A DNA stretch of 64,000 nucleotides from Pristiophorus japonicus (Eukaryota), in NCBI RefSeq assembly GCF_044704955.1, contig NC_091991.1, positions 5,146,001-5,210,000 on the forward strand, written 5' to 3'. The notes beneath the pieces were generated by a model. The model saw only the letters and a program-made list of their open reading frames with translations, searched no databases and was not told the origin of the DNA. The translations under genes and the position numbers were made by a program. This document shows positions 48,304 through 60,400 of the stretch, piece by piece. Each line of letters starts with the position of its first letter. Position 1 is the stretch's first letter.

Positions 48304-48708
48304 GTATGGAGAAATCGCCCGGTTATTCTTCAATTGTTTTTGCAACGCTATGACTTTTTCCACAGCAGTTGAAATGATTGCTAAGTACAGAGACAGAGTA
48401 GAGGCGTGGTTTTTTTTTTAGTGAATGAAGTCTTTTCTCGTTTTGCTGTGCGGTGGAGTATAATTGTAATGCGTTAGCAGAGTAATTTTGTTGTTCGGTT
48501 GGCATCACATGCGCGTCATTTACCTTCACTCTCTGTGTAAGATTCAACGCCGCAGGCTGGGTGTTCCGCTCATTGACTATTAATCCGATTTACACCAGGG
48601 TAATAGTGCTCCCGGATCGGAATCTTGTAATTTTTAACTTTATAGTTCCTGTAAATTTTGTGGCTATTCTTATATAAATGCAAAGCCTTTTCCCCCATCT
48701 ACAAGGCA

Positions 48709-51700
48709 CATCGAAACATAGAAAATAGGTGCAGGAGTAGGCCATTCGGCCCTTCGAGCCTGCACCACCATTCAATATGATCATGGCTGATCATTCACCT
48801 CAGTACCCCTTTCCTGCTTTCTCTATATACCCCTTGATCCCTTTAGTGGCAAGGGCCACATCTAACTCCCTTTTGAGTATATCTAACGAACTGGCCTCAA
48901 CAACTCTCTGCGGTAGAGAATTCCACAGGTTCACAATTCTCTGAGTGAAGAAGTTTCTCCTCATCTCGATCCTAAATGGCTTACCCCTTATCCTTAGTCT
49001 GTGACCCCGGTTCTGGACTTCCCCAACATCAAGAACATTCTTCCTGCATCTAACCTGTACAATCCTGTCAGAATTTTATATGTTTCCATGAGATCCACTC
49101 TCATTCGATTAAATTCCAGTGAATATAGAAACATTAGAAAAAAGGTGCAGGAGTAGGCCATTCGGCCCTTCGAGCCTGCACGACCATTCAATAAGATCAT
49201 GGCTGATCATTCTCTCAGTACCCCTTTCCTGCTTTCTCTCCATACCCCTTGATCCCTTTAGCCGTAAGGGCCATATCAAACTCCCTCTTGAATATATCCA
49301 ATATAAGCCTAGTCGATCCAGTCTTTCTTCATATGTCAGTCCTGCCATCCTGGGAATCAGTCTGGTGAACCTTCGCTGCACTCCCTCAATAGCAAGAATG
49401 TCCTTCCTCAGATTAGGAGACCAAAACTGCACACAATACTCAAGGTGTGGTCTCACCAAGGCCCTGTACAACTGTAGTAAGACCTCCCTGCTCCTATACT
49501 CAAATCCTCTCGCTATGAACGCCAGCATGCCATTTGCCTTCTTCACCGCCTGCTGTACCTGCATTGCTAAGTACAGAGACAGAGTAGAGGCGTGGTTTTT
49601 ATTAGTGAATGAAGTCTTTTCTCATTTTGCTGTGCGGTGGAGTATAATTGTAATGCGTTAGCAGAGTAATTTTGTTGTTCGGTATTGGCGCAACAGAACG
49701 ATTTCACATGGCCGTCATTTACCTTCACTCTCTGTGTAAGATTCAACGCCGCAGGCTGGGTGTTCCGCTCATTGACTATTAATCCGATTTACACCAGGGT
49801 AATAGTGCTCCCGGATCAGAATCTTCAATGACTGATGTACCATGACACCGAGGTCTCATTGCATCTCCCCTTTTGCTAATCTGTCACCATTCAGATAATC
49901 TGCCTTCCTGTTTTTGCCACCAAAGTGGATAACTTCACACTTATCCACATTATACTGCATCTGCAATTGCATTTGCCCACTCACCTAACCTGTCCAAGTC
50001 ACCCTGCAGCCTCCTAGCATTCTCCTCGCAGCTCGCACTGACACCCAGCTTAGTGTCATCTGCAAACTTGGAGATATTACATTCAATTCCTTCGTCTAAA
50101 TCATAATGTATAAGGTAAATAGCTGGGATCCCAGCACTGAACCCTGCGACACCCCACCAGTCACTGCCTGTCATTCTGAAAAGGACCCGTTTATTCCCAC
50201 TCTTTGCTTCCTGTCTACCAACCAGTTCTCTATCCACGTCAATACATTACCCCCAATACCATGTGCCTTAATTTTGCACACTAATCTCTTGTGTGGGACC
50301 TTGTCAAAAGCCTTTTGAAACTCCAAATACATCACATCCATTGGTTCTCCCTTATCCACTCTACTAGTTACATCCTCAAAAAACTCTAGAAGATTTGTCG
50401 AGCATGATTTCCCTTTCATAAATCCATGCTGATTTGGACCGATACTGTCACTGCTTTCCAAATGCGCTGCTATTACATCTTTAATATTTGATTCCAGCAT
50501 TTTCCGATGTCAGGCTAACCGGTCTATAATTCCCTGTTTTGTCTCTCCCTCCTTTTTTAAAAAGTGGGGTTACATTAGCTACCCTCCAATCCATAGGAAC
50601 TGAACCAGAGTCCATGGAATGTTGGAAAATGACCACCAATGCATCTACTATTTCTAGGGCCACTTCCTTAAGTACTCTGGGATGCAGACTATCAGGCCCT
50701 GGGGATTTATCGGCCTTCAGTCCCTTCAATTTCTCTAACACCATTTCCTGACTAATAAGGATTTCCCTCAGTTCCCCCTTCTCGCTAGACTCTCGGTCCC
50801 CTAGTATTTTTGGGAGGTTATTCGTGTCTTCCTTAGTGAAGACAGAACCAAATTATTTGTTCAATTGGTCTGCCATTTCCTTGTTCCCCATTATGTATTT
50901 ACCTGAATCCGACTGCAAGGGACCTACGTTTGTCTTTACTAATCTTTTTCTCTTCACATATTTCTAGAAGCTTTTGCAGCCAGTTTTTATGTTCCCTGCA
51001 AGCTTACTCTCGTACTCTATTTTCCCTCTCCCAATTAAACCCTTAGTCCTTCTCTGTTGAATTCTAAATTTCTCCCAGTCCTCAGGTTTGCTGCTTTTTC
51101 TGGCCAATTTCCTTGGATTTAACACTTTCCCTAATATGCCTCTTCCTTGGATTTAACACTTTCTCTAATTTCCCTTATTAACCACGGTTGAGCCACCTTC
51201 CCTTTTTTATTCTTTACGCCACACAGGGATGTACAATTGTTGTAGTTCGTCCATGTGATATTTAAATGTCTGCCATTGCCTATCCACCGTCAACCCTTTT
51301 AAGTATCATTCTCCAGTCTATCCTAGCCAATTCACGTTTCATACCGTCGAAGTTTCCTTTCTAAGTTCAGGACTCTTGTCTCTGAATTAACTGTGTCACT
51401 CTCTATCTTAATGAAGAATTCTACCATATTATGGCCACTCTTTCCCAAGCACGACCAGATTGCTAATTAATCCTCTCTTGTTAAACAATACCCAGTCTAG
51501 GATGGCCAGCTCTCTAGTTGGTTCTTCAACCTATTTGTCTAGAAAACCATCCCTTATACACTCCAGGAAATCCTCCTCCACAGAATTGCTTCCAGTTTGG
51601 TTAGTCCAATCAATATGCAAATTAAAGTCACCCATGATAACTGCTGTACCCTTATTGCACGCGTCCCTAATTTTCTGTTTGATGTCATCCCCAACCCCTC

Positions 51701-51960
51701 TACTGCTGTTTGGTGGTCTGTACACAACTCCCACTAACGTTTTTTGCCCTTTGGTATTTCACAGCTCTACCTATATAGATTCCACATCATCCATGCTAAT
51801 GTCCTTCCTTACTATTGCGTTAATCTCCTCTTTAACCAGTCACGCTACTCCACCTCCTTTTCCTTCCTGTGTGTCCTTCCTGAATATTGAATACCCCTGG
51901 GTGTTGAGTTCCCATCCTTGGTTACTTTGGAGCCGTGTCTCCATAATCCCAATTACATCA
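48709..51960 (-). mobile_element. Decayed near-full ORF2 CR1, interrupted by a CR1 tail (~49128-49300) and a copied host segment (49564-49824)
   Basis: Collinear ORF fragments 49109..49564, 49950..50237, 50171..50500, 50481..50744 and 51531..51734. Confidence 0.9.
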
Positions 51961-52144
51961 TTGCGCAGATAAGCTGTTATTGGATGTCAGTAACAAGTCA
52001 GGAGTGTGATGGAGTATTCTCCACTTGCCTGGATGAGTGCAGCTCCAACAACACTCGAGAAGCTTGACACCATCCAGGACAAAGCAGCCTGCTTGATTTG
52101 ACACCCCATCCACCACCTTCAACATTCACTCCCTCCACCACCAC

Positions 52145-52562
52145 CATCATAGGCAGTCCCTCGGAAATGAAGAAGACTTGCTTCCACGCAAAAAATGAGT
52201 TTTTAGGTGGCTGTTTCTCTTATTGGACTGTTCACAGTCCCTGTCACAGGTGGGACAGACAGTCGTTGAGGGAAAGGGTATGAGGGACTGGTTTGCCGCA
52301 CGCTCTTTCCGCTGCCTGCGCTTGATTTCTGCATGCTCTCGGCGATGAGACTTGAGGTGCTCCACGCCCTCCCGGATGCACTTCCTCCACTTCGGGCGGT
52401 CTTTGGCCAGGGATTCCCAGATGTCGGTGGGGACGTTGCACTTTATCAGGGAGGCTTTGAGGGTGTCCTTGAAACATTTCCTCTGCCCACCTTTGGTTCG
52501 TTTGCCGTGAAGGAGTTCCGAGTAGAGTGCTTGCTTTGGGAGTCTCGTATCAGGCATGCGAA
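52145..52562 (-). mobile_element. RTE LINE 3' end
   Basis: ORF 52147..52557 begins MPDTRLPKQALYSELLHGKR; RTE tail present. Confidence 0.85.
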
Positions 52563-52574
52563 AAATGCTCCCAG

Positions 52575-55500
52575 GAGCATGGCAGCGAGGAAGATTGAGA
52601 ATAGGGTAAAAACCAACTGCAAAAGTTTCTACAAGTACGTAAAAAGAAAAATATTAGTGAAGACAAATGTAGGTCCTTCACAGACAGAAACGGGAGAATT
52701 TGTAATGGGGAACAAGGAAATGGCAGAACAATTAAATAAATACTTCGGTTCTGTCTTCACGGAAGAGGACACAAATAACGTCCAAGAAATGCAAAGGAAC
52801 CAAGGGTCTAGTGAGCAAGAAGAATTAAAAGAAATGATTATTAGTAAGAAAATATTGCTGGGGAAACTATTGGGACTGAAGGCAGATAAATCCCCCAGGG
52901 CCTGATGATCTGCATCCCAGAGTACTAAAAGAGGTAGCCACGGAAATAGTAAATGCATTGGTTGTCATCTTCCAAAATTCTATAGATTATGGAACAGTTC
53001 CTGCAGATTGGAGGGTGGCAAATGTAACCCCACTATTTTAAAAAAGGAGGCAGAGAGAAAACGGGGAACTACAGACCGGTTAGCCTGACACCAGTAGTAG
53101 GGTAAATGCTGGAGTCTATTATAAAGGATGTGATAATGGCACACTTGGATAATATCAATGGGATTTAACAAAGTCAACATGGATTTATGAAAGGAAAATC
53201 ATGTTTGACAAACCTGCTGGAGTTTTTTGAGAATGCAATTGATAGAATAGATAAGGGAGAACCAGTGGATGTAGTGTATTTGGATTTTTAGAGGCCTTTG
53301 ATAAAGTCCCACATAAGAGGTTAGTGTGCAAAATTAAAGCACATAGGATTGGGGGTAATGTATTGGCATGAATTGAAAATTGGTAAACTGACAGGAAACC
53401 GAGAGTAGGAATAAATGGGTCTTTTTCGGGGTGACAATCAGTGCTTGGGCCCCAGCTATTCACAATATATATAAATGATTTGCATGAGGAAACCAAATGT
53501 AATATTTCCAAGTTTGCAGACAACACAAAATTAGGTGGGGCTGTGAGGAGGATGCTAAGATGCTGCAAGGCAATTTAGAAAGGTTGAGTGTGTAAGGGGA
53601 GCTTGGGGTGTGGGTTCGAATCCACACACCCCTGAGGTTCTGTACGTGCGATTTATGAGGATGGGTGAGTAACGAGGTACCAGACATAGTGGGTAAGAGT
53701 GCAAAATGGCCAATGTTGTTTATTTAGAATAGTAAACACAAAGATAGAGGGCATAGGAAGAGGTCGTAAATAGCAGTAATGGCACAATCTCACTCAACAA
53801 CACAAAAATCTCGCAACAGGGAAGGGGAAGGGGAAGGTAAGAGGTTGAAACATTCCACCCACACACAACCCCACCTCCCACTTCCACCCTTCTTACCAAT
53901 TCCTATCCTAAATTGAGTCTGTGAGGGGGTTTGGGGTATACTCTCAATCCTATCAGCTCCGGGGTTCTGGGGGCACTTATTTCAGCTCGGGGTCCCTCTG
54001 GGGTGGGTTTTACGTTATTGGTCGGTTCGGTTTTCCTCCTCGCTGTTGCGTCGGTTTCTTCTATTTGCCTCTCGGTTGGCTCCGAAGCAAAAAGCTGCTG
54101 GAGTTAAGCGCACCTTCCCCATAGCGAGGGCCCTGTGAAAAGCTGAGTCAACTCCCCTTTAACTCAACTCAACCACAACGAAAACTGACTCCCACCTTCT
54201 TAACTCAACTCTACAACTCAATGCAAAAGCTGACTCCAACCTCTGTGTGTTTTTGCAGCCTTTTCTTATAGTCCGTTCATCTTCGTGCCAAAACTGCATG
54301 CCATTCTCTTGGGTCTTCCTTGAATTAAAAAAAGGTGTGAATAGCAGTTCGATGTGTATCGATCTGTCTGGAATGGGAGATTAGCCACACCTCCTGAATC
54401 ATGTCGCTCGCGGATGGGGTGAATGAAGATGATTGTTCATTATCTCGACAGAGGTGCCACTCTGTCTGGGCTGGCCAAAATGATTGCCTTTGTTTAATTA
54501 TTCAAACTGATACCCATTGTGTTATCCTGTGTATTACTGGGGAGATTGTGCCTGGACATGTTGCCTCTTCTGTGAGGGTTTTACACGAAAAGCTGGAGAA
54601 ATGTCCTTTTAAAATATAAAGTTGCCCTGTATCCATTTTCCTGGAAGAACCGAATGTACACTCTTTCCCCCCCCCCCCCCCTTCTTTACGGTAGCTGGCC
54701 CATCCCCCGTCCAGTTCCGTGCCCCTGCAACACTGTCTGTTACTGTACAGGGTGGCCAGAGTCCCATTATCCTCCGCGGTTTACAGGCTGTTGGCTGCAG
54801 TTGGTCATTTTAAACATGGCATCATCCCATTCTCCCTGCCACATGTCTCCGTGGTTGGTTTTGCAAAACCTTACAAGTGAGTGGGCAAATACATGGCAGA
54901 TGCCGTATAACGTGGATAAATGTGAAGTTATCCACTTTGGTTGGAAAAACATAAGGTCAAAGTATTATTTAAATGGTAATGGCTTGGGAAGTGTCGATGT
55001 ACAGAGGGACCTTGTACACCAGTCATTGAAAGCAAACATGCCGGTGCAGCAAGCAGTTAGGGGCAAATGGTATGTTGGCCTTCATTGCAAGAGGATTTGT
55101 ATACAGGAGCAAGGATGTCTTACTACAGTTATACAGGGCCTTGGTGAGACCGCACCTGGAGTATTGTGTGCAGTTTTGGTCTCCTTACCTAAAAGGATAT
55201 ACTTGCCATAGAGGAGTGCAGCGAAGGTTCACCAGATTCCTGGGATGGCAGGACTGTCGAATGAGAAGAGATTGGGTCGACTAGGCCTGTATTCACTAGA
55301 GTTTAGAAGAATGAGAGGGGATCTCATTGAAACGTATAAAATTCTGACTGGGTAAGACAGACTGGATGCGGGGAGCATGTTTTCACCTGGCTGGGAAGTC
55401 TAGAACAAGGGGTCACAGTCTCAGGATACGGGATAGGGAAATTTAGGACTGAGATGAGAGACATTTTTTTACTCGGAGGGTGGTGAACCTCTACCACAGA

Positions 55501-55688
55501 AGGCTGTGGAGGCCAAGTCACTGAATATATTTAAGAGGGAGATATAGATTTCTAGAAACAAAAGACATCAAGGGGTATGTGGAAAAAGTGGGAATATGGT
55601 GTTGAGATAAAGGATCAGCCATGATCATATTGAATGATGGTGTAGACTCGAAGGACCGAATGGCCTACTACTGCTCCTATTTTCTATG
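52575..55688 (+). mobile_element. Decayed CR1 split by a long solo LTR
   Basis: CR1 ORF2 fragments lie on both sides; AGGTTGAGTG|AGTGGGCAAAT rejoins across the insertion. Confidence 0.85.
53591..54875 (-). mobile_element. 1285-bp solo LTR (ERV- or Gypsy-type)
   Basis: Inverted termini TGTAAGG...CCTTACA and 4-bp TSD AGTG (53587-53590 and 54876-54879). Minus-strand TATAAGAAAA at 54261-54270 and AATAAA at 53719-53724. Confidence 0.8.
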
Positions 55689-56712
55689 TTGGGGCGATGA
55701 CACAGCCCTGTTTGACCCTGGTCTGGACGTGGATTGGGTCTGTAATGGATCCGTTGGTAAGGATCATGGCCTGCATGTCGTCGTGGAGCAGGCGGAGGAT
55801 GGTGACGAACTTTTGGGGGCATCCGAAACGGAGGAGGACGCTCCATAGACCCTCGCGGTTGACAGTGTCAAATGCTTTTGTAAGATTGAAGAAGGCCGTG
55901 TATAAGGGCTGGTGCTGCTCCCTGCATTTTTCCTGCAGTTGTTGTGCTGCAAAGATCATGTCCGTTGTGCCCCGTAGGGGACGAAATCCGCACTGTGACT
56001 CTGGGAGGAACTCCTCTGCCACAGGGAGAAGATGGTTGAGGAGGACTCTAGCGATTCCTCTGTAGTTGCCACGGTTGGACTTGTCCCCTTTTTTAAAGAT
56101 GGTCACGATCACTGCATCTGTGAGATCTGCCAGCATGCTCTCCTCCCTGGATGAGAGAGATGAGGTCATGTATTCACGCCAACAGTGCCTCTCCGCCATA
56201 CTTCAGTGCCTCAGCAGGGATTCCATCCGCTCCCGTAGCCTTGTTGTTCTTGAGCTGTCTTATGGCTTTTTCTACCTTGTGCAGTGGTAGGGTTTTACTG
56301 AGGTGGTGGCGGGTCGCATGCTGCGGGATGGAGTCGAGAACGCTTGCGTCAAAGGCAGAGGCAAAGGATTGAGGAGATTGAAGTGCTCCGAATGCCTCGG
56401 TGTCTTTGATGAGTGTTTCCCTGTTCTTGGCCAGCAGTGGGGTGGGGCCTTGTGTGTTTGGACAGTAGGTGGCCTTGACTGCGATGAAGAATCCTCGTAC
56501 ATCATGGCTGTCGGCCAGCTGCTGTATCTCCTGTGCTTTTTCCATCCACCACCTGTGCATTCGATCCCGGGTTTTTGTTAGACGTCAGCCTTAAGCCGTC
56601 TACAATGCTGCCTTGCTGCTCCAGAGTTGGGTTGTTGTTTAAGGCTCAGAAATGCCCAGCTCTTGCGATCTAGTAGCTCTTGGATCTCCTGGTCATTCTC
56701 ATCAAACCAGTC
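55688..56712 (-). mobile_element. RTE LINE internal RT fragment
   Basis: KATGADGIPAE, LPESQCGFR, FNLTKAFDTVNREGLW and VKQGCVIAPT motifs. Confidence 0.88.
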
Positions 56713-57439
56713 TGCCTCCACAAGGACTGTGCTGTGGTCACTGCTACCAATACTGTCATGGACAGATGCATCTGTAACAGGTAGGTTGGTGAAGACGAGG
56801 TCAAATAGGTTTTTCCCTCGTGTTGGTGTTCTCACCACCTGCTGCAGGCCCAGTCTGGCCGCTATGTCCTTTCGGGGCTCGGTCAATCGTGATGCTAATG
56901 AGCCACACATGGTGATGGACATTGAAGTATGTCACCCAGAGTACATTCTGTGCTCTTACTACCCTCGGTGCTTCTTCCAAGAGATGTTCAACATGGAGGA
57001 ATACTGATTTGTTAGCTGAGGGAGGCGGTAGCAGAAGGTTTCTTTGCCCATGTTTGACCTGAAGCCATGAGACTTCATGGGATTTCCAATGCATTCTGCA
57101 CGAAGAAATGCATGCTGACACCACCCAACAGCCTGGCTCTAATTTTGAGTTATGCCCCTTGTTCTGGACTCTCCCACCAGAGGAAATAGTTTCTCTCTAT
57201 CTACCCTATCAAATCCTTTTATCATCTTAAACACCTCAATTAGATCACCTTTTAATCTTGTATTTAAAATTCATGTTTAAATGCATTTTAACAATTTCAC
57301 TGACTTGACAAAAACTCATAGTAATTGTAAATCTGATGTAACTAAATAAAACAATAGAGTGTATCAACTGAGTTGCTCTGTGTTTATCTGCACCAATTTG
57401 CTCAGTCATTTGAGACTTCCATTATTCATCCTCCTTAAA

Positions 57440-60400
57440 TATCATCATCATAGGCAGCCCCTCGGAATCGTAGAAGACTTGCTTCCACTCTAAAAATCAG
57501 TCCTTGGGTGGCTGAACAGTCCAATACGAGAACCACAGACCGTCTCAGGTGGGACAGATTGTCTTTTGAGGGAAAGGGTGGGTGGGATTGGTTTGCCACA
57601 CGCTCTTTCCGCTGCCTGCACTTGGTTTCTGCGTGCTCTCGGTGACGAGACTCGAGGTGCTCAGTGCCCTCACGGATGTACTTCCTCCACTTGGGGCGGT
57701 CTTTGGCCAGGGACTCCCAGGTGTCAGTGGGAATGTTGCACTTTATCAGGGAGGGTTTGAGGGTGTCCTTGTAATGTTTCCTCTGCCCACCTGTTCTATA
57801 TGTGGACTTGTATTTACTCTGTACAGCCACCAGAGGGCTCATCCGCTGGAGTCCCAAGGGATCCCATAATCCCTTGGGAGCACAGGTATTTAAGGAGGCT
57901 TCACAGGAGAGGCACTCTGGAGACCTGCAATAAAAGACTACGGTCACACTTTACTTTGAGCTCAGTGTTCAGTCTGACTCTTTCTCCATACACAACAACT
58001 GGCGACGAGATAAAGATAGCGAACCCAAAATGCAGAGAATAGTGGGCATCCTGGAAAAATTTTCTGAGGGAGATGATTGGGAAATATTTGTGGAGTGACT
58101 CGACCAATACTTTGTGGCCAATGAGTTAGCTGGGGAAGAGAGCGCTGCCAAACGAAGGGCGACTCTCCTCATCGTCTGTGGGGCATCAACGTATGGCCTC
58201 ATGAAGAATCTGCTCACTCCAGCGAAACCCAAGGAGGAATTGTACGATAATTTGTGCACACTGGTCCGAGAGCATTTGAACCCAAAGGAAAGCGTTCTGA
58301 TGGCGAGGTACTGGTTCTACACCTACAAAAGGTCTGAAGGCCAGGAAGTGGCGAGTTATGTCGTCGAGCTAAGATGCCTTGCAGAACATTGCAAATTTGA
58401 AGGACATTTTGAGCACATGCTCAGAGACTTTTTCGTACTTGGCATTGGCCATGAAATCATACTTCGCAAACTTTTGATTGTAGAGACCTCAACCTTGAGT
58501 AAGGCCATAGCGATAGTCCAGGCATTCATTGCCACCAGTGACAATATGAAGCAAATCTCTCAGCACACAAGTGCTGCTGCAAGTACTGTGAACAAAGTGA
58601 TGTTGTTTTCGAATTGTTACGTACCTGCAGTTGCACATCCGCAGATGACTGAGTCCACCATGAAGGGTGATGAATGCAAGGCCATTAACACCTTATTGGC
58701 GCTGCGGTCATCGTTTCCATTCATGCCGATTCAAAGAGTACGTTTGCAAGGGCGGTGGAACAATGGGAGAACTCCGAGTGTGCAGGCGAGCTGCTAAACC
58801 TGCAAACCACAATATTGCAGAGGAGGACAGATCCACGGAGGATCACGACGAACCTGAGCCTTAGATAGAGGAGGCAGAGGTACATGGGGAGCACACATTC
58901 ACCACGAACTGTCCCCTGATAATGCTGAATGTTGAACTAAATGGACTCCCGGTGTCAATGGAGCTGGGCGCGAGCCAGTCCATCATGGGCAAAAAGATTT
59001 TCGAAAGGTTGTGGTGCAACTAGGCCTCAAGGCCAGTCTTAACTCCAGTTCGCGCAAAACTAAGAACTTACACAAAAGAACTGGTTCCTGTAATCGGCAG
59101 TGCAACCGTAAAGGTCTCCTACGATGGACTGGTGCACAAGCTACCACTCTGGGTGGTACCGGGTGATGGTCCCATGCTGCTCAGCAGGAGCTGGCTGGGA
59201 AAGATACGTTGGAACTGGGACGACATCCGAGCGCTATCGCCCCCTGACGACACTTTGTGTGCCCAGGTCTTAAACAAATTTCCTTCGCTTTTCGAGCCAG
59301 GCATTGGGAAATCCCAAGGAGCAAAAGTGCAGATTCACCTAATTCCAGGGGGGCGATCCATCCATCACAAGGCGAGAGCAGTACCGTACATGATGAGAGA
59401 AAGGGTAGAGATTGAGCTAGACTGGCTGCAAAGAGAGGGCATAATTTCACCGATCGAGTTCAGCGAGTGGGCCAGTCCTATTGTCCCAGTCCTCAGGGGA
59501 GATGGCACCATCAGAATCTGTGCTGATTACAAAGTAACTATCAATCGTTTCTCCTTGCAGGACCAATACCCACTACCAAAGGCCGACGACCTCTTTGCAT
59601 CGCTGGCGGGAGGAAAGACGTTCACGAAGCTGGATCTGACTTCAGCCTACATGACGCGGGAACTGGAGGAATCATCAAAGACTCTCACCTGCATCAACAC
59701 GCCCAAGTGCCTTTTTATTTATAACAGATGCCCGCTTGGAATCCGATCAGCGGCGGCGATATTCTAGAGAAACATGGAAAGTATACTGAAGTCGGTCCCG
59801 CACACCATGGTCTTTCATCTTGGTCACAGTTCGGAACACAGTCGAGCACCTGCAGAACCTGGAGGAGGTTCTTAGTCGACTCAACCGCTTGGGGCTCAAG
59901 TAAAAACACTCAAAGTGCATTTTCCTGGCGCCTGAAGTGGAGTTCTTGGGAAGGAGGATTGCGGCGGACGGCATCAGAACCACCAACACGCAGACGGAGG
60001 CAATCGAGAACGCACCGAGGCCACAGAACATGACGGAACTGCGGTCGTTCCTGGGACTCATAAACTACTTTGGTAACTTCTTACCGGGTCTCAGCACACT
60101 GCTAGGACCACCAGATGTCTTATTACAAAAAGGGGGCGAATGGATTTGGGACAAAAGCCAAGAAAATGCCTTAATAAAAGCGAGAAAATTGTTATGCTCA
60201 AACAAATTGCTTGTGTTGTATGATCCATGTAAGCGTTTGGTACTAGCACGTGATGCGTTGTTATATGGTGTCGGGTGTGTATTGCAACAAGCTAATGATT
60301 TCAGGAAACTGCAACCGATTGCTTATGGATCCAGGAGTCTGTCTAAGGCTGAAAGAGCCCACAGCATAATTGAAAAAGAAGCGTTAGCGTATGTCTATGG

